Shown piece after piece: positions 1 through 7,297 of a stretch of DNA of 20,000 bases. This stretch comes from an uncultured virus (IMG/VR IMGVR_UViG_3300044617_002354). Its lineage: Duplodnaviria; Heunggongvirae; Uroviricota; Caudoviricetes. A model generated the notes under the pieces. That model was not told where the DNA came from. It did not search any database and saw nothing but the letters and a program-made list of their open reading frames with translations. The stretch lies in IMG/VR virus record IMGVR_UViG_3300044617_002354, one strand, 5' to 3'. A program made the translations under genes and the position numbers. Every line of letters starts with the position of its first letter. Position 1 is the stretch's first letter.

Positions 1-2
1 AG

Positions 3-290
3 AGCAACATTAAGTTGTTAGAAGCTGGTGCAATAGGATTACCGTGTGTTTGTCCGGATATGGTTACATATAAAGACGCGTTTTTGAAATATAAAACAGG
101 CGATGAATTTATTGATCAAATTAAGTATGCACTAAAAGATCAAACTCGTTACGGTCAGCTTTGTAAGAAGTCAAGAGAGTATACAGAGAAGTTTTGGCTT
201 GAAAGTGAAAACAACATCGGCAAACACCATGAAGCCTATTTTACTCAGTACGGCTCTTCTGAAAGAAAGTTTTTAAAAGAAGTAAATTAA
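3..290 (+). CDS. Glycosyltransferase (GT-B/GT4-like), C-terminal fragment truncated by the window start
   Basis: The frame is open from position 3 (SNIKLLEAGAIGLPCVC), so the TTG at 15 is not a true start. The motif resembles the K-x-x-E-x-x-A-x-G-x-P-x-V nucleotide-sugar binding signature of GT-B enzymes, followed by a typical C-terminal helix region. Confidence 0.7.
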   Translation, partial: SNIKLLEAGAIGLPCVCPDMVTYKDAFLKYKTGDEFIDQIKYALKDQTRYGQLCKKSREYTEKFWLESENNIGKHHEAYFTQYGSSERKFLKEVN

Positions 291-298
291 AGTTAATT

Positions 299-326
299 TT
301 GATAATGATTAAAAATACGCTATAAT
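299..326 (+). promoter_or_regulatory. sigma70-like promoter for the DNA polymerase gene
   Basis: TTGATA (299-304), 16-nt spacer, TATAAT (321-326); ATG at 340. Confidence 0.65.
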
Positions 327-339
327 TTATGGTGTATTT

Positions 340-2892
340 ATGTATCGAAATTGTTATTATAATAGCTACACAAGTAGTGTATTTCTTCGTACCTGGTCTG
401 AAGAAGGTGTGCGAATTGATACAGAGATGCCATTTTCACCATATCTTTACGTAGAGGACGAAAAAGGTAATTGCGCAACATCTATATTTAAGACACCACT
501 TAAAAGAAAAAACTTTCAGAATAGCTTTGAAAGAAACAAGTTTGTAAAAGAATCAGGTAAAAAACGCTTTTTTGGTAACCTGCCTCCAGAGCAACAATTT
601 CTTATTGATATGTATCATGAGAGTGTTCATGATAAAGATTTTAGTAAATTTCCTTTAAAAGTATATTATTTTGATATTGAAACATACTCACCAGATAGCT
701 TTCCTTTACCTAAGGAAGCAAAGGACCCTGTTATTTTAATTACAGTATACAATTCACTCAACGGTCAAATAGATACATGGGGTGTAGAGAAAGAATACAC
801 TCCAAAACAAAAAAACGTAAAATATCATTGCTGTGATTCTGAAGTTGAGCTGTTTGATAGGTTTATGAAGTTCTGGAAAGCTGACCCACCAGATTTATGG
901 GTCGGATGGAACAGTGAACAGTTCGATATACCGTATATTATTAACAGAGGTCGAAAGCTACTTAATGATGATTTTATCAATCAGCTTTCTCCGTTAAAAA
1001 GCTTAAGGTATAGAGAGTTTCGTAATGACTTTGGTCAAGAGACAGGTAAATGGATTATAAACGGTATAAGCTGTATTGATTATATGGACTTATATAAGAA
1101 GTTTTCAAAAGGAGATAGAGAGTCTTATTCTTTGAACTATATAGCTGAGTATGAATTAGAGGAAGGAAAGCTCGCTATTAATGCAACTAATCTTTCAAGC
1201 CTCGCTGAAACTAATTGGGAGAATTTTGTTGATTATAATATACAGGATGTTAACCTGCTAATTAAGCTTGATAAGAAACTAAATTTTTTGAATATTGTGA
1301 GGCTTTTAGCTTATAAAGGTTGTACAAATTTCGAAGCAGCTTTAGGTAAAATTGCAATTGTTACTGGCGCTATGTCACTACAAGCTCGAGAGCAAGGCTA
1401 TGTTATACCTACATTTGTAAATGATGAGATACGAGATTCGCTTGCAGGAGGGTTTGTAAAAGACCCAGTACGAGGGTTACACGATGGTATAGTTAGTTTT
1501 GACGTAAACTCTCTATACCCAAACACAATCATTACGTTAAATATATCTTCAGAAACAAAGCTTGGTAAAATTATTACAGGAGACATTGAGAAAGATCCGC
1601 GTATACAAATAAAACTTGTTAATGGTGCAGTTTCTTCAATAGAAACGGAAAAATTTAAAAAATTTATAAAAGATGAAAAAGTAGCAGTGTCAAAGGCTGG
1701 GGTGTTATACTCTCAGAAATTTAAAGGGGTTTGCCCTAATTTAATCAATAAGATCTACACAGAAAGAGTTGAAGCAAAAAAGAAAATGAAAGAACTTCAA
1801 CTTAGTAAAAAGCACGATAAAAGCACAAAAGACTCTATTGTATATTATGATACATTACAGTATACGTTAAAAATCTTACTTAATAGTATATATGGAGTTT
1901 TCGCAAATAAACACTCTCCATTTATGGATATTGATAATGCTTCATCAATTACGCTTACAGGTCAGGCTGTTGCTAAAGCAGGTTCAGATATCATAAGAAA
2001 TTTTGTAACTCAGAAGTACGGCATCACAGATGATGTGGTTATTTATAATGACACTGATTCTTGTTATATTACGATAAAACCAATTTTGCAAAAATATAAC
2101 ATACGTTTAGTTGATGATTCGAACCATATAACGCAAGAAGCGCATGTCGTTGTTAACGAGATAGATAAAATTGTAAACACGGAAATTCTTGCTTGGGCGA
2201 GAACTGAACTCAATTCCATGGACCCGCGTTACGAGTTTAAGAGAGAAGCTATTGCAGATGTTGGTACGTTTTTACAAAAAAAGAGATATATTATTAGAGT
2301 TTTAGACGATGAAGGTATACCAACAAATAAGTTTAAATATGTCGGGGTTGAAATTGCAAGATCAACGACCCCTAAAAAAGTAAAAGATCTTATTAAAAAG
2401 ACAGTAGAAACAGCATTTTTAACAAAGGATGTTAAAAAGACAAATGATACGTTTAGAGAAGTTTATGAAGAGTTTAAAAAACTCGATGAACAAGAAGCTT
2501 CTTTTAGAAAAGCTGTAAAGGATTACGAAAAATATAGTAAGACTACAGATTTAAGCAAGTTTGAAAAAGGTACACCGTGTCATGTTAAAGCGGCTATTGC
2601 ATATAATTTATTACTTAAAGCTTTTAAAATTGAAAACAAATACGAAAAAATAAACTCTGGTCAAAAAATAAAATATTTCTATGCAGCAAAAAACCGTTAC
2701 AATCTCGATGCGGTTGCATTTGTGGCAAAGTTTCCAGATGAATTTAAAGAATATATAAAAATTGACTACAATAAAATGTTTGATAAAATAGTCGCAGCAC
2801 CAATTGAAAGCGTGTATGAGGCTATTAATTGGAGAGTACCAAATTTTTCTAAAGAAATACAAACAGATTTATTTGATTTATTGGATGAATAA
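340..2892 (+). CDS. gp43: Family B DNA polymerase, T4 gp43-like, with 3'-5' exonuclease
   Basis: ExoI YFDIET, ExoII WNSEQFDIPY, ExoIII YNIQDV; motif A SFDVNSLYP, motif B KILLNSIYG, motif C YNDTDS, then KKRY and GVEIARSTTP. 850 aa with no obvious intein. Confidence 0.97.
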   Translation: MYRNCYYNSYTSSVFLRTWSEEGVRIDTEMPFSPYLYVEDEKGNCATSIFKTPLKRKNFQNSFERNKFVKESGKKRFFGNLPPEQQFLIDMYHESVHDKDFSKFPLKVYYFDIETYSPDSFPLPKEAKDPVILITVYNSLNGQIDTWGVEKEYTPKQKNVKYHCCDSEVELFDRFMKFWKADPPDLWVGWNSEQFDIPYIINRGRKLLNDDFINQLSPLKSLRYREFRNDFGQETGKWIINGISCIDYMDLYKKFSKGDRESYSLNYIAEYELEEGKLAINATNLSSLAETNWENFVDYNIQDVNLLIKLDKKLNFLNIVRLLAYKGCTNFEAALGKIAIVTGAMSLQAREQGYVIPTFVNDEIRDSLAGGFVKDPVRGLHDGIVSFDVNSLYPNTIITLNISSETKLGKIITGDIEKDPRIQIKLVNGAVSSIETEKFKKFIKDEKVAVSKAGVLYSQKFKGVCPNLINKIYTERVEAKKKMKELQLSKKHDKSTKDSIVYYDTLQYTLKILLNSIYGVFANKHSPFMDIDNASSITLTGQAVAKAGSDIIRNFVTQKYGITDDVVIYNDTDSCYITIKPILQKYNIRLVDDSNHITQEAHVVVNEIDKIVNTEILAWARTELNSMDPRYEFKREAIADVGTFLQKKRYIIRVLDDEGIPTNKFKYVGVEIARSTTPKKVKDLIKKTVETAFLTKDVKKTNDTFREVYEEFKKLDEQEASFRKAVKDYEKYSKTTDLSKFEKGTPCHVKAAIAYNLLLKAFKIENKYEKINSGQKIKYFYAAKNRYNLDAVAFVAKFPDEFKEYIKIDYNKMFDKIVAAPIESVYEAINWRVPNFSKEIQTDLFDLLDE

Positions 2893-2900
2893 GTTAAAAT
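2873..2900 (+). promoter_or_regulatory. sigma70-like promoter for the deazaguanine cassette, overlapping the end of the polymerase gene
   Basis: TTGATT (2873-2878), 16-nt spacer, TAAAAT (2895-2900); GTG start at 2910. Confidence 0.55.
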
Positions 2901-2909
2901 ACTAGCACC

Positions 2910-3740
2910 GTGAAAATATCTCATGAAGTACCTATTGACTTGTTAGATGTCTCTCATTCTTTTAATGATTACTGTTATTGTTTAGTACATTTACTTCCAC
3001 AGTTCTCTAAATACAGAGAACACTACTTTAATAGCGTTAAAGTGGGTAGGCATGTATTACTCGATAATAGTATTTTTGAGTTAGGAGAAGCTTATGACTC
3101 AGCTGAATTTGCAAAATGGGTTAAAGACTTATCTCCTACAGAATATATTGTGCCGGATGTTTTAGAGAATTCAGCGCTCACAAAACAAAAGTATTTAGAG
3201 TTTTTTGATACGTACCCTAACCTACCCGGTAAAGTTATTACAGTTGTTCAGGGACAGACATATGAGGAAATAAAAGAGCTATATTTGTTTTTCTTAAATG
3301 AAGAAAGAGTGAATAAAATAGCTATATCTTTTGATTATAGCTATTACTTGTCAGAGGAGTGTAAACAGTATGCTGCACGTCTTAATTTTAATGCAAAGAA
3401 CGGTAAATGGTGGGAATACACACTAGGCAGAGCTGCAACACTTTTTAGGTTAAAAGAAGAAAATATACTATCAAGTAAAAAGAAGCTACATTTACTTGGA
3501 TGCTCATTACCTATTGAATTTAGTTTTTATAAATATCTTGACCTCGATTCGTATATTGATACTATTGATACATCAAACCCTGTCGTGGCTGGTATGTTAG
3601 GTAAAAGATATTCTACAGAGGGACTGGATGAAAAATGGTCATATAAGTTAGTTGATTTTATAGAAGCAAAACTCACCACCAAGCAGGTAAAAGATGCATG
3701 GTATAATGTTAATAAATTTAAAAGGTTTTTACATAAGTGA
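2910..3740 (+). CDS. dpdA: TGT-fold 7-deazaguanine transglycosylase, DpdA-like (probably DpdA3-type)
   Basis: Motifs fall in TGT order: LLDNS (cf. DSGG catalytic Asp), IVPDV (substrate Asp), VVQGQ (cf. IVQGG), LHLLG (cf. YLMG), IDTIDTS (cf. DMFDC nucleophile Asp). No C-terminal CxCxxC zinc site. Same operon as QueF. Confidence 0.8.
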   Translation: MKISHEVPIDLLDVSHSFNDYCYCLVHLLPQFSKYREHYFNSVKVGRHVLLDNSIFELGEAYDSAEFAKWVKDLSPTEYIVPDVLENSALTKQKYLEFFDTYPNLPGKVITVVQGQTYEEIKELYLFFLNEERVNKIAISFDYSYYLSEECKQYAARLNFNAKNGKWWEYTLGRAATLFRLKEENILSSKKKLHLLGCSLPIEFSFYKYLDLDSYIDTIDTSNPVVAGMLGKRYSTEGLDEKWSYKLVDFIEAKLTTKQVKDAWYNVNKFKRFLHK

Positions 3741-4270
3741 AAAAGTGGGTAGCATTGTTTTCTCAAACAGGTAGTGAAATCTATAATCTTTCAAAAGATT
3801 TAAAAAGATCTCCAGATGTTATTGTTACAAATAAATCGTTTCAAGACATAGAATTGATTAATTTTAATCTCGTTAACACGCACTGGTCTAAATTTCTTTG
3901 GTTACCAAAGAAACCCACGGTGGATGAATACATCCTAGCTTTAGAAGGAGCAGATATAGTCACCTTACATGGTTATTTACGTATAATACCTAAAGAAGTG
4001 TGTGATATGTTTAATATATACAATCTTCATCCAGCACCTTTAACGAGATACCCGTTTTTAAAAGGTAAAGATCCGCAAAAAAAGATTTTTGAGCAAAAAT
4101 TAGATTATGGCGGGAACACTATACATAAGTGTACCGCTGAATTAGATAGCGGGGAAATTATTTTAGAAGAAGATTTTTTTATAAAAGACTATAGACTCGA
4201 TATAATTATCGGTTTGACGCATAAAAGAGCATCAGCTTTATGGTATAAATTTTTAAAAAATAATTTATGA
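3737..4270 (+). CDS. dpdN: PurN-like (GAR transformylase family) formyltransferase; probable preQ1 formyltransferase (DpdN-like)
   Basis: ALFSQTGSE (cf. VLISGNGSN), DIVTLHGYLRII (cf. VLAGFMRIL), YNLHPAPL (NxHP catalytic Asn/His), TIHKCTAELDSGEII (catalytic Asp). GTGA overlap with the upstream gene. The dpdN name rests on context. Confidence 0.8.
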   Translation: MKKWVALFSQTGSEIYNLSKDLKRSPDVIVTNKSFQDIELINFNLVNTHWSKFLWLPKKPTVDEYILALEGADIVTLHGYLRIIPKEVCDMFNIYNLHPAPLTRYPFLKGKDPQKKIFEQKLDYGGNTIHKCTAELDSGEIILEEDFFIKDYRLDIIIGLTHKRASALWYKFLKNNL

Positions 4271-4785
4271 AAATAGCAATATCTGGTGGAGCAAGTCAAG
4301 GAAAAAGTACTATAGTTAATATGCTTAAAGAAGATAGCATGTTTCAAGAGTATAATTTTTGCACTAACTTAACAAGAAATTTATCTCAGCAAGGTATACC
4401 AATTAATGAAGGAGGTACCGCGATAACACAACTTCACGTTATGCTCAAACATTTCGAGAGACTATATATGTATGAGAATGCTGTATTAGATCGTTGTGCA
4501 CTAGATGGGTTAGCATACAGCATGTATTTTTTTGACAAAATTGAAAAACCTGTACGAGAAGCAATTATAAAGCTTTTTGAAGCTATGATTGTAAAGTATG
4601 ATAAAATTTTTTATATACCACCTGAGTTACCACTAATAGAAGACGGTGAGCGTTCAGTGGATAGAAATTTTTTTAACGGAGTAAACAAGAATTTTGAAGC
4701 AGTAATTAGGGATTATAGTGTAGATGTTATTCGTATTAGCGGCACAGTTACTGAGAGAATAAAGCAGATTAAATCAAATTTATGA
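4267..4785 (+). CDS. P-loop nucleotide/nucleoside kinase (AAA_28/NadR-like, dNMP-kinase fold)
   Basis: N-terminal Walker A IAISGGASQGKST, kinase motif VLDRCALD, and YDKIFYIPPELPLIEDGERS. ATGA overlaps with both neighbours. Confidence 0.8.
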   Translation: MKIAISGGASQGKSTIVNMLKEDSMFQEYNFCTNLTRNLSQQGIPINEGGTAITQLHVMLKHFERLYMYENAVLDRCALDGLAYSMYFFDKIEKPVREAIIKLFEAMIVKYDKIFYIPPELPLIEDGERSVDRNFFNGVNKNFEAVIRDYSVDVIRISGTVTERIKQIKSNL

Positions 4786-5690
4786 ATACAAAATTAGATA
4801 ATACAGAAATAAGTAAAGTTTTAGGGCAAAGAGTTGATGCCCCGAAACAGTACAGTAAGGATATCTTGGTTCGAGAGAAAAGATCTAATAATCGAGAATA
4901 TCTAAATATTAAAGAAGAAGAGCTACCGTTTTTCGGTGTCGATATTTGGAATAACTGGGAAATAAGCGCCCTTACCGAGGGTGGGTTACCGGTTACAGGT
5001 GTAGCAAAAATTACATACCCGTGTAATAGCCCGTATATTGTTGAGTCAAAATCGGCAAAACTTTATTTTAACTCATTCAATATGACAAAATTTGGAAAAA
5101 CACCAGAAGAAGTAATTAGCAATATCGAGAGAGTAGCAAGTTTGGATTTATCCGAATTCTTAGAGACAAAAGTAGAAGTACATATTTTTTCTTCTGCAAA
5201 TAATCCATACACTTCAGATGCGGAAGGCTATTTTAATACATTTAAACTTATAGATAGAGTTAACCCGCACCTTGTTACAGATGTATATAGTGAGAGTAAA
5301 GAGTTATTAAGTTGGGAAGCCGGTGACACTCTTGCACCGATACCACAGCGATTTTCGAGCACTCTGTTAAGATCTAATTGCCGTGTAACCAATCAACCAG
5401 ATGCGGGAGATGTTTTTATAAGTATAACGTCATCTAAAATAATTGATCAAGAGAGTTTATTAAAATATATTATAAGTTTTAGAAATGAATGTCATTTTCA
5501 CGAAGAAGTTTGTGAGTGTATATACACGAGACTTAATGAGGTGTACGCTCCCACTGAACTTCTCGTTATGTGTTTTTACGTAAGACGAGGTAGTTTAGAT
5601 ATTAACCCAATACGGGCAAGTAAAATGGAAGTAATACCTGGTTTTTTATTAGAACCTAAAGCCCCGTACGCAAAATTTCGCAGACAGTGA
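4782..5690 (+). CDS. queF: NADPH-dependent 7-cyano-7-deazaguanine (preQ0) reductase QueF, bimodular E. coli/YqcD type
   Basis: LPFFGVDIWNNWEIS, QueF motif ESKSAKLYFNSFN, catalytic Cys/Asp in LLRSNCRVTNQPDAG, FHEE, and YVRRGSLDINPIR. Confidence 0.95.
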   Translation: MNTKLDNTEISKVLGQRVDAPKQYSKDILVREKRSNNREYLNIKEEELPFFGVDIWNNWEISALTEGGLPVTGVAKITYPCNSPYIVESKSAKLYFNSFNMTKFGKTPEEVISNIERVASLDLSEFLETKVEVHIFSSANNPYTSDAEGYFNTFKLIDRVNPHLVTDVYSESKELLSWEAGDTLAPIPQRFSSTLLRSNCRVTNQPDAGDVFISITSSKIIDQESLLKYIISFRNECHFHEEVCECIYTRLNEVYAPTELLVMCFYVRRGSLDINPIRASKMEVIPGFLLEPKAPYAKFRRQ

Positions 5691-5691
5691 G

Positions 5692-5719
5692 TTGATTTTT
5701 AAAACCATAATATTAAAAT
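5692..5719 (+). promoter_or_regulatory. sigma70-like promoter
   Basis: TTGATT (5692-5697), 16-nt spacer, TAAAAT (5714-5719); ATG at 5729. Confidence 0.6.
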
Positions 5720-5728
5720 ATATTCGAT

Positions 5729-6091
5729 ATGAAACAAGAAAATACGTTAATTACATTTTTAGACTCAGTCGGTAGAACTGTACTGGGTGAAAAAGTTGAA
5801 GAAAAAACTACAGACAAAATTTTAGCGGTTAAAAACCCTGCAGTTGTCGCTATCTCCCCTCAACCACAGGGTGGTTTGCAACTTCAAATTCTTCCTTTAT
5901 TTTTTAAAGAGTTTTTAGCAGATAAAAATGAGTCTACAGTTTGGTTGTATCAAAAGAACACTCTTACAATGTGTGAACAAATTCTTTTTGATTTTAAGCT
6001 TAACGCTCAATATCAACAGCTATTTGCACCGATACCTGTCCAGCCTCAAGGACAATCTCCCGAAGTCGTTAAACTTTTTGACGACGAATAA
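5729..6091 (+). CDS. Small phage protein, possibly Sm-like beta-barrel
   Basis: 120 aa with its own promoter and terminator. The beta-rich pattern (TVLGE...LAVKNPAVV...QLQILP) resembles small Sm-like proteins of T4-like phages; the fold call is tentative. Confidence 0.55.
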   Translation: MKQENTLITFLDSVGRTVLGEKVEEKTTDKILAVKNPAVVAISPQPQGGLQLQILPLFFKEFLADKNESTVWLYQKNTLTMCEQILFDFKLNAQYQQLFAPIPVQPQGQSPEVVKLFDDE

Positions 6092-6111
6092 AAAAATACA
6101 ACATAACAAAG

Positions 6112-6149
6112 AAAATGCTTCACAGTAAAATCGTGAGGCATTTTTTTTT
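6112..6149 (+). terminator. Rho-independent terminator
   Basis: Stem AAAATGCTTCAC (6112-6123) pairs with GTGAGGCATTTT (6133-6144) with one G-U pair and a 9-nt loop; T-run 6141-6149. Confidence 0.85.
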
Positions 6150-6153
6150 ATTC

Positions 6154-6181
6154 TTGAATACCTGTAAAAAGAGTTTATAAT
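6154..6181 (+). promoter_or_regulatory. sigma70-like promoter for uvsX and the helicase
   Basis: TTGAAT (6154-6159), 16-nt spacer, TATAAT (6176-6181), immediately after the terminator. Confidence 0.7.
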
Positions 6182-6192
6182 TAGTGGTAAAT

Positions 6193-7296
6193 ATGAAAAA
6201 CAAAAACGAAGACTCTTCTTTAAAAGATATTTTTAAAAGTGTTGATGATTTAAATCCAGATGCTGCGATACTTGACACCGCGACCCTTTCAACAGCAGAA
6301 GACTGGATAGATACTGGTTCATACGCTTTAAACGCTATTATTTCCGGGTCTCTTTATAAAGGAGTTCCTGCAGGTAGAATCACGGGCTTTGCTGGCCCGT
6401 CTATGGCAGGTAAAACACTCATAATGAATAAAATCATGGCAAACGCTCAGAAGAAAGGATATATGCCAGTGATTTGGGATTCTGAAGTAGCTGTAGATCG
6501 TAAGAGTGCAGAAAACGCCGGGATGGATACTTCTAAAGTGAAATATTACCCTGTGGAGACAATCGAAGATTGTAGAAATCAAATGTGTCTTTTTTTAGAT
6601 AATGTTATAAAAGCTGATAACCCAAATTTAAAGTTTATAGTTGCAATAGATTCTTTAGGTAATTTAGCGAGCGCTAAAGAAGTTAGAGATACAGCAGCTG
6701 GAAAAGAAGCAAGCGATGTCGGTCAGAGAGCAAAAGCGATAAAATCTATGATGAGAACACTCACATATAAAGCCGCTAAAGCTCGTGTTCCGATTCTTTT
6801 TAGCAATCACATATACGAAGGTATGGAGATGTTCCCAACTCTTGTAAAAACACAAAGTGGTGGGAAAGGACCAATTTATTTAGCATCTGTTCTTGTGCAG
6901 TTGAGCACAAGAAACGAAAAAACATCTGACAACCCTGAAGAAGAGTCTATTGCAATTTCTCATAATATTTCAGGGGTCACGTTAGGCGCTTTAACTGTGA
7001 AAAATAGGTTCGTACCATCTTATCTTAAGACTGAATTATATTTAAATTTTAAAACCGGTCTGGATAAATATGCAGGCTTATTTGAGATAGCAGAAGCATT
7101 CGGGGTTATAGAAAAACCAGGTCGCACGGTTATGTATAAAGGTGAAAGCCTCGGGTACAGGAAAGATGTTGAAAAATCAGCTGGGTTTTGGGAAAAGATA
7201 ATGCCAGAGCTAGAAGAAACATTACAGAAAAAATTATGCTATGGTACATCTGGAAAAATTACTGAAGAAATTGAAAACGACGTAAAGTCTATTTAA
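6193..7296 (+). CDS. uvsX: UvsX RecA-like recombinase
   Basis: WIDTGSYALNAIISG, Walker A GPSMAGKT, WDSE, Walker B IVAIDSLG, SGGKGPIYLAS, KNRF. ATG 6193 is preferred over GTG 6184 because 6184 lies too close to the -10 box to be transcribed. Confidence 0.95.
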   Translation: MKNKNEDSSLKDIFKSVDDLNPDAAILDTATLSTAEDWIDTGSYALNAIISGSLYKGVPAGRITGFAGPSMAGKTLIMNKIMANAQKKGYMPVIWDSEVAVDRKSAENAGMDTSKVKYYPVETIEDCRNQMCLFLDNVIKADNPNLKFIVAIDSLGNLASAKEVRDTAAGKEASDVGQRAKAIKSMMRTLTYKAAKARVPILFSNHIYEGMEMFPTLVKTQSGGKGPIYLASVLVQLSTRNEKTSDNPEEESIAISHNISGVTLGALTVKNRFVPSYLKTELYLNFKTGLDKYAGLFEIAEAFGVIEKPGRTVMYKGESLGYRKDVEKSAGFWEKIMPELEETLQKKLCYGTSGKITEEIENDVKSI

Positions 7297-7297
7297 A

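Noticed and set aside
3528..3535. Exact TATAAATA inside the dpdA-like gene (another at 12262-12269 inside the clamp gene)
   Set aside because: Far from any start codon; several chance copies of an all-A/T 8-mer are expected in DNA this AT-rich.
3737..4270. Reading this gene as a host-boosting purine biosynthesis gene purN
   Set aside because: It is coupled by overlaps to the dpdA-like gene, kinase and queF, has an altered substrate loop, and no other pur genes are nearby.
2910..5690. Reading the cassette as tRNA queuosine biosynthesis
   Set aside because: The TGT-fold protein lacks the zinc/tRNA-binding region, no queA/queG/queH or tRNA gene is visible, and a formyltransferase and kinase have no role in Q-tRNA synthesis.
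5928..6128. 66-aa alternative-frame + strand ORF
   Set aside because: It overlaps the 120-aa gene and runs into the terminator hairpin, with no initiation signal.
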